Shown here: positions 38,340 to 51,690 of the stretch, in pieces
How positions within the stretch are numbered: the first letter of the stretch is position 1
Layout: the number at the start of each line of letters is the position of its first letter
From: Eledone cirrhosa
Taxonomy: Eukaryota
Direction: 5' to 3'
Assembly (NCBI GenBank): GCA_964016885.1
Contig: OZ024740.1
Span: 227,912,001-227,976,000, forward strand
Length of the DNA: 64,000 nucleotides
Made by a program: the position numbers and the translations under genes
The notes under the pieces: model-generated
Told to the model about the DNA's origin: nothing
What the model saw: the letters and a program-made list of their open reading frames with translations, nothing else
The model's database searches: none

Positions 38340-41300
38340 CTCTCTATTTCTGTAAAAATTACCAACACCAAATCAATCACCACCACCACCACCACAGCAA
38401 CAATACACAAAACAAGCAAACACACCCAAACAAACAACCACTCAACCACAAACAACAGAAAAAACACAGACAGCACCCCCCCAAGAACACAGCCCCACCT
38501 CACCCTACTCAATCCAACACTACCACAAACACACACACCAAAACACCATCACCACACAACATACCCCTACCCCACACTCCTGGTGATGATTATTCATCAA
38601 CAGATGAGGCTCCTTCTCCTTCTTTAAGTGAAGAAGAAGAAGAGCCTCGGAAATCCAAAAAACAAAAAAAGAGACCCCCCCCCCCAACTCCAATCACCAA
38701 CACCAACACCAACACACAACCACAGACACAGACAACAACACAAACAACACCACAACCAAACCTCCCCTACCAACAAAACAAACACCAACACCACCCCAAA
38801 CACAAAAAAGAAAACTCACAGACGAACAACAAACTAAAACAACACAACCAAAACAAAAACAACAATATACATACATCAACACCAACAACAAACATTTGAT
38901 GGAGGTCATCTCACAGGACCCCAAAGTGGAAACTGAAGGGAAAACTTTTGTCAAAGCAGACTCAACCACACCTAAAACTAATAAGGGTTTCGATAGAAAC
39001 CTATCAGAAATTGAAAGAACAGTTTTCACAGGACGTTGGCAACCCCTGCCAAAAACCAATAAACCGTGTCCTGTTGAAATGTTTCCACACCCCACTCAAC
39101 ACCCCCACCACAACTGAAATGAAGATTGAACAACCCGATCTCCAGGAAACGAAAAGGTAAGTGCGCCTTTCGTCCTTTTTCTCCAACTCTTCTTCACCAA
39201 CATGGCTGGTTTACGAGTTGGAAGCGTGAATATGCGTGGCCTAGGGATGCCCTGGAAACAGGGCCAACTTTTAAACGACGTTAGGTCACATGGTATAGAT
39301 GTAATAGCCATCACCGAGTCCAGGATCCACAATAGGCAGCAACTAACCCCCATCTTCAATGACTTTGAGATCTACGCATCTCTCTGTCAGCCAGGAGGTG
39401 GAGGGGGGGTGGCTGTCATGTTTCGGAAAAACCTGGATCTCGAAGTACAGCAAGTACACTTGGACCCTGAGGGTAGATTGGTAGTCCTAGACGTGAACAG
39501 TATTGGAGGTGGAGCCTTCAGACTGGTGGCCGTTTATGCCCCGACCGGGCAATCACAATCGCGGCCAGACTTCTTTAAGCATCTAGAGTCTTTTCTGGGA
39601 ACGCCTCGCTCCTTGCTTTTAGTGGGGGACTGGAATGGTATCCTAGATACACTATGGGACTATGTGGGAGCATGTCCCAGTAGAGAGGGCTGCAACAGCC
39701 TCAAAAATCTAATCGGCCAATTCCAACTGGCCGATAGATATCGACTAGATTTCCCGACTGCACCACAGTGGACGTGGGCAAACCGCAGCAGGACATCTAG
39801 ATCGTATCTAGATAGAGAAAAGGACTAGAAGATGTTAAGCTGTCCACAAATGCACATGGTTGCCTATTTAGATCACAAACTAGTCGTCTGCGTAGTCAAC
39901 CGTGATAGAATACATAGACAAGGACCCGGATACTGGAAGCTGAACGTGTCGTTGCCGGCACGAAAAGCCTACAGTGAACAGATAAGTAGATTAGTTAAGC
40001 AAGAGTTGACGGGAGCCATCGTCAACAATAGATGGTGGTACTCTCTCGAGAAAGCAACTAGAGTAGAATCAATAGGGTTTAGCAGAGAATTAGCTTTAGA
40101 GAAAAACAAATCAGAAACGGAACTAGTAGCCAAGGTAGAAGAGGCACTTAGGAGTGGCAACGCAGCTAGAGTGCTAGCATCGAGAACGGCACTGGACCAG
40201 TTTTCGACGCGAAACACGAAGGCTGCGTGGTCAGAAGTAAATCACGTGCTCTAGGAAACGAGGGAGCGAAAGCTGTCAGCTGGGCCTGAGTGACGGAAGC
40301 GAAAAGTGGCAACAAGTCCACGATTCTGTCTTTAAAAGACCAAAACGGACGCGTCCTACTTGACCCCAGGCAGATGTGCGCGGCCTTTCAGCGGCACTTT
40401 GTGCGACTGTTTGAGCAGAACGACGGTGCACCGAACGAGGCAATGGACTTTGGTTCATACCTCGACAGCCTGCCGCGTCTCTCGAGCATGGACGCCGAGT
40501 TCTGAGAAAGATCGATCACAGCCACTGAGATACGGGACGCTCTGGGCCGCTGCGGGAAACGAAAATCACCCGGTCTAGATGGTCTACCCTATGAGTTTTA
40601 CATAGGCATGCCGGACTTGTTCTCTGGCGTCCTCGAAGCCGTCTACTGCAATTGACAGCAGAACGGGACAATTCCCAGTTCTGCAGGCAAGGGCGTAGTA
40701 ATGCTGATCCGGAAAGACGAGAACAAGGGGATGAAATAAACAATTTCAGGCCTATAACTCTGCTCAACACAGAGTTAAAGATTTTGGCCAAGGTGTTAGC
40801 AGCGAGGCTGACGCTGCTCGTCGAAAACCTGGTAGGGAAAGCGCAAACGTGTACAATCCCGACCAGGTCCATACACGATAACCTCCACCTCATGCGATAC
40901 ATCATAGAGAGGGTGGGGTATAAACCCGGCTTCGGCGGGGCTCTGATCAATTTAGATCAGTCTAAGGCATTCGATAGGGTCGACCATCGATACTTGGAAG
41001 CGGTTCTGAAGGCGGCCGGTTTCGGTCCCGTTTTCAGAGGCTGGATCGAGGCGATGCACACCAGCATCTGCTCGAGGGTCAAGGTGAACGGCTACCTATC
41101 GGAGCCGTTCGCAATCACGCGTTCCATTCGACAAGGATGCCCTCTCTCCTCCATTCTGTACGTATTGACTCTAGAGCCACTACTGCCGAAGTTGGAGCTT
41201 TTGCAGGGCATCCCTCTAGAACCGGGACTGCGCAAAGCGGCGTCGGCTTATGCCGACGACGTGGCGGTAATGATGTCGGAAATCGAGGTAATCGGCAACC

Positions 41301-42860
41301 TACTACAGGAATACGAAAGGTTCACAGGAGCAAAACTGAACCCGGACAAGTCTGTCGGTTTGCAACTCGAAACGTGGAGAGGCAAACCGATGCCGTCCGA
41401 CAGCGTCGTCGGACGCTGGACGGACGGACCGATGGAATTGCTCGGGGTCTGGTTCGGTCCAGACCTCCAAGTGGAGAAAAACTGGAACGAGGTCATGACC
41501 AAGGTATTTGCGCTCAGTCAGAGTGCAAACTGTCCTTGAAAGGTCGAGTGGAGGTGGCGAACACTTTCATAGCGTCCGTCATCTACTACCGCTTGACTGC
41601 GTGCCTTGTCCCCGTGAATACCTCACCAAGATGGAACGCATGCTCTTCCAGTTCCTGTGGAAGAAGCAGGCTCCATTGGTGAGGAGATCTGTCTGCTGTC
41701 AACAACCTTCCAACGGAGGGCTGGGCATGCCGTGGCTAATGATGCGCAAACATGCGCTGAGGCTACGGCATCTACAGGTATTCCTCACCGACCAACCGGT
41801 GTGGGCACCGTTTGTGAGACAGGCCTTCCCACAACTTGTCTCGCTGACGGAGCTGCAGTCCTGGATCAAGAGAAGACTGAAGAAGATGGGCGCCTGGCAC
41901 ATTGAATGCGCCCAGGCGCTCACAGTCCTCTGTCAAGCGAGCACAGATATCAGTGGAGACTCCACTTCGACATTCTATAGAGGGTTAGTACTTTACAGGT
42001 GCGACGACGTGCTCGGGGAAACTCTAGGCGTCGAAGACGACGAGCTCACAAGTCTGTTCGGTAGGACTTTCCGCCCGGGACCTATTGACAACTTCCAGGG
42101 GTCCCTGGCCTGGCAGTGCTACCGAGGAGCTCTACCTGTTCGTGATAAGATCTACAGGCCCGGACGCCCCGCCAGGAATCTTTCCAAGAGGACGTGTCCA
42201 AGATGCGAGCAGGACATTGAAACCGTCTTGCACGCAATTGTACACTGCCCGGGCGTAAGCGACCTGTTGAACTATGCAGAACAACTGCTGTCGCGTATGG
42301 GACAAATCCAGTTGACTGCCGAGTCCATAGTAAGGATCAAACCGCCAGTCTCTCTCAAAAACGGAAGAGAGGCGGTTTTCCTCTGTACAGTGGCTATGGT
42401 GAAAGAAGTTATATGGTGGACGAGATTGAGAGGACTGAGGACAGATGCCTTTCTCTCCGGACAACAATTGATTCCCTTCTTTAAGTATCACTTTAGAAGG
42501 AGAATCAGAGTGGAGAGAGAGGCACTGCACTCCAGTAAATTTACTGAAAGGTGGGTGAATGAAGCAAAAATGGCCCGAGTGATTGGGCCTTCTCTGTTTA
42601 TAAGCCTGTAGGTTAAAGAAGAGAGCAAAAGGAAGAAGGGGGCACTTGCACAACACCCTCCTGAAGTTGAGGGTTGTTCTATCGACGGGGTATTAAACAA
42701 CCCATTTGTGGCGCTTCCCCCTATTGGGGATTTCGATTGTTATAATTGTTTGTTTCAATATATTTACACGACTGCATGTAAAATCCCCGGCATGTGTCTT
42801 TGTATTGTCCCCTTTTCTTGTGCGTCCTTGTGGCAAATAAAGAAATATAATTTCTTCTCT
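38340..42860 (+). mobile_element. Tx1/L1-clade LINE, near full-length ORF2, degenerate
   Basis: Low-complexity ORF1 remnant, then APE, RT and a C-terminal CCHC-type motif. AATAAA at ~42836, then (CT)n. Confidence 0.92.
39202..42611 (+). pseudogene. Tx1/L1 ORF2 (APE endonuclease-RT-zinc finger) with stops and frameshifts
   Basis: GSVNMRGL, AITES, VAVYAP, VGDWN, SYLDR, LDHK, GPGYWKLN, FRPITLLNTELKILAK, LDQSKAFDRVDH, IRQGCPLS, AYADD, GGLGMP and CPRC..ETVLHAIVHC. Confidence 0.93.
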
Positions 42861-43008
42861 CTCTCACTCTCATTTTATCTTCCGATGACAGACTAACGTC
42901 TAAAATGTTAAGACTCATTTCCTAGTTTATCGAGCAATAAACTAATATATATCATCATTGTGTTGTATTGTTCCCCCGTACGGTTTTTCCTTGTTGAATT
43001 TTCACTAT

Positions 43009-43065
<57 letters not shown>

Positions 43066-43180
43066 TGGTGAGGGCCCAAGTAGGTTCGAAAATAGATTAA
43101 CGAGAAATTCGTATTTACTGTTTACATGCTTACATATTAAAATTGTGTAAATTTATATATTGGTGCAATCTGGTTACCCT

Positions 43181-43261
<81 letters not shown>

Positions 43262-43262
43262 T

Positions 43263-43336
<74 letters not shown>

Positions 43337-43341
<5 letters not shown>

Positions 43342-46300
43342 ATGAAATTATTGTGTACAGTGCTCAGGTGCAATACAACTCATCAAAGGTGCATTTATAG
43401 TACATAGAATAATGTACAAATGTCAGGAAAGTGAACAGTGTATGAGTCATGAAATACATGTGTGCGTGTGCATGGAGGGGGATATCAGGTGTAGTGTTGG
43501 CAAATTTCAAGAAGCATGGAGGTTTTAAAGGATGCAGTGTCTCGGCAGCTAACAACTGATGCAGGTAGTTTGTTCCATGTTTCAGCAACTCTGAACGTGA
43601 AAAAATGTTTCCGAAAGTCATGGGAGCTGTGCTGTTTTCTGACTTTGTGGGCATGCCCCCGTGTGTTAGACACATGGAATTCAAAAAGGTGCTCAAAGTT
43701 GTTGTTGGCAAGATCGTTAATAATTTTGTGGTTGTTAACCAAGTCAGTTGCCAGACGTCGGAGCTTCAATGTATCCATGTCCAGGAAAGCAATGCTTGAT
43801 GGAGGGTATTCGCTTGGTTGCACGCACCTGAAAAGTTTCCAGGAGGTCAATGTTCTGAGCAAGATAGGGATTCCAGACTGATGATGCAATTCTAAGCGTG
43901 GCTGCACCATAACTATATACAGCTTTAAATAGATAGCTGGAGAGTGGCTGTCAAAAGTCTTGCTGAGTGATGCTAAGACACCCTCAGCCTTCTTGACAAT
44001 TTTAGACTTGTGCTTTGTCCAACGCAAATTGCTGCTGACAGTAATGCCCAGGTGGCGTTCACAAGAAGACGTCTTGATATTAGTGTTGTGGAGGGAGTAT
44101 ATTGACGCTGCGTTTTTTCTCTCAAAATACATGGTGGTACATTTGTCCACCGCCAGCTTGAGTTACCAGTCCGTGATCCATTGCTGCATTGTGTCCAGGT
44201 CTGATTGCAGGAAAGATCTATAGAGTTCAGGATCTGCCCTTTTTATCTCAAGGTACAGCTTAATGTCATCTGCATATTTCAGTACTATGGCATTCTTTAA
44301 GTGGCCTCTATGTCATTAATATATGCAACAAACAAAAGGGGACCAAGAACAGATCCCTGTGGTACACCAGATGACATCTCATACGCTGAAGAATGCTGTC
44401 CTAGAACCGTGACTACCTTTCTTCAACTGAGAATGAAGGACTTCAACCAGTTAAAAAGATCATCCTTCACAGACATTGAAGAGAGTTTTGCCATAAGTCT
44501 TTTGTGTGGCACAAAATTGAAAGCTGTAGCAAAGTCAAGGTAAACAACAACCATCCATGAGCCACCATCAGTTATCTGGGTGATGTCTTAAAAAAACTCG
44601 ATAAGTTGATCACAGCAGCTGGAGTTGGGAATAAATCCAAATTGCGAGGGCCGGATAAGACTGTGAGAATCCCAGAAGTTCCAGAGTGTTACTCTGACAC
44701 AGGATTCCATTAGTTTTGGCAATGCAGCTAGTAAGACTGACTGGACGGTAGTTGATAGTCGACGTGCGGTCACCCTTTTTGAACAGAGGGATGACACTGG
44801 CAGTCTTCTACTGCTCCGAAGTAGCACCGTTGTTCAGACAGAATTGAAAGAAGAGTGAAAGCTTGTGCAGAAAGAAGTACCCACCGCGTTTGAGAAGCAG
44901 GTACGTAATACCATCAAGACTTGGAGGGGCATGGTTGCGTTTATTCTTGAGGTCGCAGCATTGCAGGTGTAAATTCCATAGTTGTTATAGAACTTGATGT
45001 CAGATGTGGTAAAGATAGTACGTTTTGGTTTTCAACAGTGAAAATGCCTGCATAGCATTCAGCAATGAATTCTGCGCATTCTTTGGGATCGTCAGTAATC
45101 TGGCTTGTATGGGGATAGGACCAACTGGAGAGTGAGGTCTCTACTTTCAATGTAAATATTTCCAGAACACCTTACTGTCAGGGCTGGTTGCTATGCGCTG
45201 TTCAAATTCAAGCACTGCTTTTTTTGTCACCTGCCTGAGATAGTTAGCTGATTTATTTCGTTTTTTTTTTTCTATTGATATTTGATTTATGCAGTTTGTA
45301 TTCCCGTTCAACATTACGACGCTCTTTCCTGGCAAGTCGGACCGCTGCAGTCTCCCAAATTGCAATTTTGGGATGTTTTTTTCTGCTTACGCGGCACTAA
45401 TGCTGTACATGCTATTCATATTGAGTTCAGGATGTTCTAAAGTATAGTGTTGACATCTCCAGAGTCGTAAAATTCAAGCCAGTTCGGGCGTTATAGCTCG
45501 GTGCAGTATCAGTTCCAGTCTGCTTTATTCGAGTCGAAGCTAGCAATTTGGAAATCGTTGTAGTTTTTGTTACTGTCATAGCATAATCAGAGTCACCTAA
45601 AGGTTTCTCAGTAGTAACACTAATAACCGTTTCAGGAGTAGTGGTAAAGAGTAGATCCAAAGTGTTGTCACCTCTTGTTGGGGTGGTGACTACTTGGGAC
45701 CAGTTCGAGTCCAGCACTAGCTCAAGGAAATCATTTGCACTTTGCGGCCAACGAAAGGTTTCTTAATCAATCTGAGGGTGATTGAAGTTCACTGCAATAA
45801 AAACATAAGTGGCTGTTTTCCTGGCAGCAGCTCTCAGGATATCACAAAGCTGTGTGTCCTGATGGTAATTTTGGGGGCGGTAAACAACTCCAAGTAGCAG
45901 TGTTGACATGGTCATACGTATATCGTAGAAAAATACTTCTTGCTGTGATTGGTTCAAATCAATTCAAGGAATTACTGAAAAGTTTGAACGAACGTAGACC
46001 ATTACACCACCACCACGACGATTAATGCGGTCTTGGCGTAACAAGTTGTAGCCAGCTATGCTGAAAACCCCATCACAGAGTAAGGAATTTTTCCATGTTT
46101 CCGTGACTGTAATGAAATCAGGGTCGATACTTTTAACGTGAGAATCAAAAAGATGTATCTTATTGCATTGACTACGTGCATTTCAGGACAACAATTTTTA
46201 CCTTGATTTCAGTTTATGGTGATGTGCAGGGGATGGCAGGTTGTTCTGGTTTAGTTTCCCAGTTTTTTTTCAGTCCTTTCATTGCCAGCTATTGTGGGTA

Positions 46301-46350
46301 CAATGTGTTCAGACCAGCTGGTATATCTTTTCCATGTTTCACCAGCCTTA
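43337..46350 (-). mobile_element. CR1-clade LINE, degenerate (APE plus RT plus 3' UTR)
   Basis: APE motifs GGGVMVYV, LGVVYRP, NFNHPQID, PTRGDNTLDLLFT and LGDSDY. RT motifs QFGF, VYLDFATAF, GVPQGSVLGPLLF and YADD. C-terminus TRGH..RKHFFTFRVAETWNKLP. Confidence 0.92.
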
Positions 46351-46895
46351 ATAAACTTCCATATCACACAGATATACACACAGATGTACACACATGGATA
46401 TACACAGACAGACGCACACACAAACGCACATACACACAGACGCCCGCACAACATGTATTTATGGATTGGTAAAGCAAACGTAGGTGCAGAAGTCTAATCA
46501 AGAAGCGTGTGAATGGTGTATTAACAGCTTATGAAATACATTAACTTCAGGAAAGATACAAGTGGCTTTATAATAGTATAAAATATAACGATAGACAAAA
46601 AAAGGAGTAAAGCCGGTTGAAAGTCATTTCATTTCTTTATTTTCTTTTTTTCTTTTTCTCTCTTTCCCATCAAGACCTAATGCAGTCTAATTCATTAGAA
46701 CAAATAACCCAGTGACTGTTAATAACAATGTTTTGTGTATTGATAATCAGTGGCTATTAACAATGTTTATGTACCGTTAAGAAATTACTAATACACAAGC
46801 ACAACATGGAAGTGAGAAAAATTGATACATTAAAGAATATATATATATATATATGTAAAAGAAATCAAAGAACGCTTACATACTCAAACAGTTTT

Positions 46896-46951
46896 TATTT
46901 GCTGACAATGTTTCATCCATACCGTTGGGCAGGAATCATCAGAGCTTAATA
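46896..46951 (-). ncRNA. Type I hammerhead ribozyme
   Basis: tattaagct-CUGAUGA-ttcctgcc/caac/ggtatggat-GAAA-cattg-UC-agcaaata. GUC cleavage triplet. Confidence 0.72.
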
Positions 46952-47846
46952 AACAAAAACACAGTGCTGAGTATAAGCTCTACCAAGCTTAGTCACACAA
47001 ACAATTGGAATACAATAGAGGGTAAAAATAGGGAGATCGGAGATGGCGAATAAGGAGAGAGTACATGTTGGGGTTGTTATTAAGCACTACAGCTAAATGC
47101 TAGGGTACAGGCAGATTTTTTCACAAGATGCAGATGCAAGTGATGGCACACAAAAGCACAAAGTATAAACAATGGTTAAAACATATAATAAAAAAGTAAA
47201 AGGAAGATAATATAAAGAGATAAAAAATAAAAAAAAGATAAAAAATTTTAAAAAGAAAAAAGGAAAAAAGAAAAAAGAAAAAAGAAAAAAGAAAAAAGAA
47301 AAAAAGAAAAAAGAAAAAAGGAAAAAAAGGTTTTAAGCACATAAAAAGCCAGGGGAAGTTAAGCGCTGGTCCTATATATAACAAGTGAATAAGAGGTTCT
47401 TAAGGTACCTCCAGAAAGCCCAAGGTGATTTTAATCCTCGCCATAGTATACATAAACAAGGTATACTAGTAGGTAATTGAATTACATGGCCCATGGGTGT
47501 TCAACAAGTATATAGACTGGTTCCACATAAATACAAGCCATACACAAGCAACGCAGGGTTATTACAAGCTAAGCTGAAGCAAAAAAACCTAACAACAATG
47601 GTTTAGTTACTGTAAAAAACACACATCTGGCAAAGAGTTACTACATATGCATATTTGCCGTAGAGGTTAGACCAATCGGTTACATATGTCCCGATTGTCT
47701 AGAGGTTACAGGGATATTGGATTGTCAGTAGATAACAAATCAGTCCAGATTATACAACATATGTAGATCGTTCATAAAGTACAAATTAGTTGTCAAAATA
47801 CGACACGGTACATGTGTGTTTATGCACATACGCTCCGTGCTCTACG

Positions 47847-47893
<47 letters not shown>

Positions 47894-48154
47894 TCCGTGC
47901 CGTCAAAAACGACGGCTAATTGTAATATGTATACATAATATAAAAAAAGAGATGATTGTTTGTTTGTTGGTTGGTTGGTTGGTTGGTTGTTCCTTCGCGC
48001 TCACGCACACAAGTGATAAGTGATACAAACATACACACTTTTCTCAGTCGACGTTATCACCCCTTCCTTTCTCAGTTTGTCATCACCCCTTACTTCGTCA
48101 GTCATCTCTTGTGACGGACAAAAACACAAGGATATTATATATTAGTAGATATAT

Positions 48155-49170
48155 ATTGTTATACTTTGGGAGGGTCATGATGCAAATAAAAACACGCGCC
48201 CCTGTTGGTTTCACTTCAATTTATTACAAATTTCCAGTTGGTTGGTTTAACAACCGGATGATTGTTTATTTGTTTATTGTCAATGCTCTTTCGTCACACA
48301 TTCTGTGACATCATCAGTGACTAATTTGTTATTTTGTGTCTCTCCTGTCTTCTGCCCTACACCATTTTGTTTTTGTGTGTTGTATGCTGTGTAGTTGGGT
48401 TGCGCATGCATTATATCTGGATGTATGTGTTTTTATTTATTTATTTATACGTTTATTTACTTGTTACTAGTTGGTTGCTTGTTCTATCTGTGTGTATCTG
48501 GTTTGTTTTATTAGTTTGGTTCTTGTGTGTCTCTGTATGTCTTTATCTTGTCATTAATTACTAGTTGTGATGTTGTGGCTATTCCACTCATGTTTTCTGT
48601 TTAATTTTAGTTGGAGTTCATTTATGTTTGTCGCTTCTGTAATCTGTCAGGGCATTGCGTCTGTTCTGTGCATGAGTATAATCTTTATTTCTATGTTCTC
48701 TAGTGTTCCCCCAAATTCCATTTTGGCACGTTGGTGGAATACTGATGAGTTCGTCCCATCTTGGAGTTCTCGTCAGTGATCATTTATTCTTTCTCCTATG
48801 CTACGGGCTATCTCACTTATGTAAGCTGTGTTGCTATTCCTACACTGTCGCTCAGTACATCTTATGTTATATACTACGTCCCTAGTGTTGTAGTTAATTT
48901 GTGGGCTTAATTTGAAAACTATATATTTCCTATCAGTGCAGGGTTTTTTCCCAAAAGGATATGTTCTACTAATTAGGGCTTTTATAGGAATACCTGGTCT
49001 TTCAACTATCTTAATATTTAATTTTTCTAGAGCCCTTCTAAATCTGTAAGCTTGTTGGCCTCTGGGAGTTGTATTGAAGAACATTACACTCTGGTATTTA
49101 TTGCTATCATACCACAAGTGAGGAGGACTGTTATGACGCCGGAGAAGAGAGACGGGTTGGGTCATCTGTT
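48155..49170 (-). mobile_element. PLE 3' remnant (GIY-YIG fragment plus pLTR with degenerate hammerhead at ~48268-48321)
   Basis: TRDVVYNIRC...TAYISEIARSIGERINDH. Downstream gtca-CUGAUGA-tgtcaca..tgtgac-GAAA-gagcat-tgac lacks U16.1. Confidence 0.75.
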
Positions 49171-49227
49171 CTGTTCTGTTGTGTGGACTGAAGCAACATG
49201 GCAGCACGAAAAGCGGGTGCAAAATAG

Positions 49228-49568
49228 TGATGACGACCACGATGATTATGACGATGATGATGATAATGACGACGACGACTAAGACAACGATGATGATGAT
49301 GATGATGATGATGATGACTAAGACAACGATGATGATGATGACGACTACTAAGAGAACGATGATGATGATGATGACGACTAAGACAATGATGATGATGATG
49401 ATGATGACGACTAGGACAACGATGATGATGATGACGACTAAGACGACGATGATGATGATGATGACTAAGACAACGATGATGATGATGATGAGGAGGAGGA
49501 GGAGGAGGAGGAGGAGGAGGAGGAGGAGGAGGAGGACTAAGACAATGATGATGATGACGACGACGATA
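49228..49568. repeat. (GAT/GAC/GAG)n trinucleotide repeat
   Basis: Direct inspection. Confidence 0.95.
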
Positions 49569-49883
49569 ACAGTGCGTATATATCTAGCAATGGGGGTGTC
49601 AAACAGACAACGGATGTATAGTTCCCTTAATTTCCAGCCCTGATTCGGGACCACGTTTACCCAGCTTCCTTAACACTATTGTGTAAGAAGCAGCTGTAAA
49701 TATCCCTTAACCCAAATATAAGATGTTGCGGTGTTTGTAAACAATGCCACGGCAGTACTTATACTGTTACGACGGCATCACGTAGGCACACACACACATA
49801 CATACATACACACGTGTCGGCACTCACATGCTACACACATACATACACACGTGTCGGCACTCACATGCTCGTGTTTGTGCGCG

Positions 49884-50628
49884 CGCAAGAGACATACAGA
49901 TACATATGTATATATTGATGTACAGTGGAGTGACATATATTATATTATATTTCTGTATAGCAATTCAAATTCAAAATCAAAATCACATTAAAACAAAATC
50001 AAAGCAAAATTAAAATACAATCGGCAGTTAACATAGATAATGCAAGAGGATAGTTTGTTAGTCAGATGTAGTAGTTATTTTAGTTATTTTATACGTTAGT
50101 TACACGTGGGGCATGCACGTGTGTCTTATTTATATATGATTATTGTGCGGCAGGGTGTTACATGTAATAGAAGCACTTAAAGCGGGTAAGTAAGAGTATT
50201 ATGGAGGTTGTGGTGGTAAGGTATTTTTTGTATATGATACAGAAGTATGCGTGCAGAAAAATAGTATAAAGGAGAAGCAAAAGAAAGTTACCTTACCACT
50301 ACAACCTCCATAATACTCTTACTTACCCGCTTTAAGTGCTTCTATTACATGTAACACCCTGCCGCACAATAATCATATATAAATGAGACACACGTGCATG
50401 CCCCACGTGTAACTAACGCATAAAATAACTAAAATAACTACTACATCTGACTAACAAACTATCCTCTTGCATTATCTATGTTAACTGCCGATTGTATTTT
50501 AATTTTGCTTTGATTTTGTTTTAATGTGATTTTGATTTTGAATTTGAATTGCTATACAGAAATATAATATAATATATGTCACTCCACTGTACATCAATAT
50601 ATACATATGTATCTGTATGTCTCTTGCG
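49884..50628. repeat. Inverted repeat, 340-bp arms with a 65-bp spacer
   Basis: 49884-50223 is nearly identical to the reverse complement of 50289-50628. Confidence 0.93.
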
Positions 50629-50667
50629 TTGAAAAGGAGGTCAATCATGTGTACAAACATTGAAAAA

Positions 50668-50714
50668 TGCTCCGAAGACTCCAAACCTAGGTTTGGATGA
50701 AACAATTGTAAGTG
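50668..50714 (+). ncRNA. Hammerhead-like motif (U4C variant)
   Basis: tgct-CCGAAGA-c.tccaaac/ctag/gtttgga.t-GAAA-caattg-UA-agtg, followed by AATAAA. Confidence 0.55.
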
Positions 50715-50910
50715 AATAAATGCTTTGAACATAGCTTTGATTCTTGTGAATTCTATATAACTGCTCTGTAGAACAACTGATGTTATTACATTGAGCTATT
50801 TATCTTACTGGTAATAAGGTAGTAATAAATTACTGACCTTCACTGTTTAGGGTTTAAAATATATATAACTATAAAAAGTTTTAGTATATACATAACCATA
50901 AATAGTATCC

Positions 50911-50975
<65 letters not shown>

Positions 50976-51109
50976 TAGAAGGGATATTTAATTTGTTGGA
51001 AATACAACAAATATAAATGTTTATAACTGATTCAGAGCACTCGACAAATTTCTGGAGTAAATATTCAATGATATTAAATACATGGAAACTATATTTATAA
51101 AACCATATT

Positions 51110-51172
51110 TATTCTATTATATATATTTTAAGGGTACCAAAAGACTTTGGTACGCTTTCATCAGATAAAATA
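51110..51172 (-). ncRNA. Degenerate hammerhead (G12A)
   Basis: tattttat-CUGAUGA-aag.gtacc...ggtac.ctt-AAAA-tatata-UA-atagaata. Same context as the 10714 motif. Confidence 0.55.
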
Positions 51173-51398
51173 CAAAGAGTGTTTTATAAATTTTGACATA
51201 GCCAAGGAAATCATACCTTATCAGTTGAATTTTCTTGGGTAGTATATATATATATATGCACACATATATATATATAGTGTTGACTTGGACTTCATGTTTA
51301 TAAATATACTCCGGAGTAAACAAACCTGCCTGTGTACTTCGTTGAGTGCTCTACCCTGCATACTAAAGTATCGGTGATCAACCAACACATACTCGAAT

Positions 51399-51463
<65 letters not shown>

Positions 51464-51690
51464 ACTTTGGGAGGGTCATGCTCCCAAAGTATAACAATAT
51501 ATATTTCAACACACGTTTTCAGATAAGAAATCTTGCAAAATAAATTAAAAAAACGAAATATATATATGACATTTAAAATTATCTATGTCATGTTTGAGAT
51601 AATCTTGAACATGCGCCTTATCCCCTAAGAATAAGCTCAAAGAATAAATCTAAATATTTATTCATTACAAAATAGTGAATGACATATATA

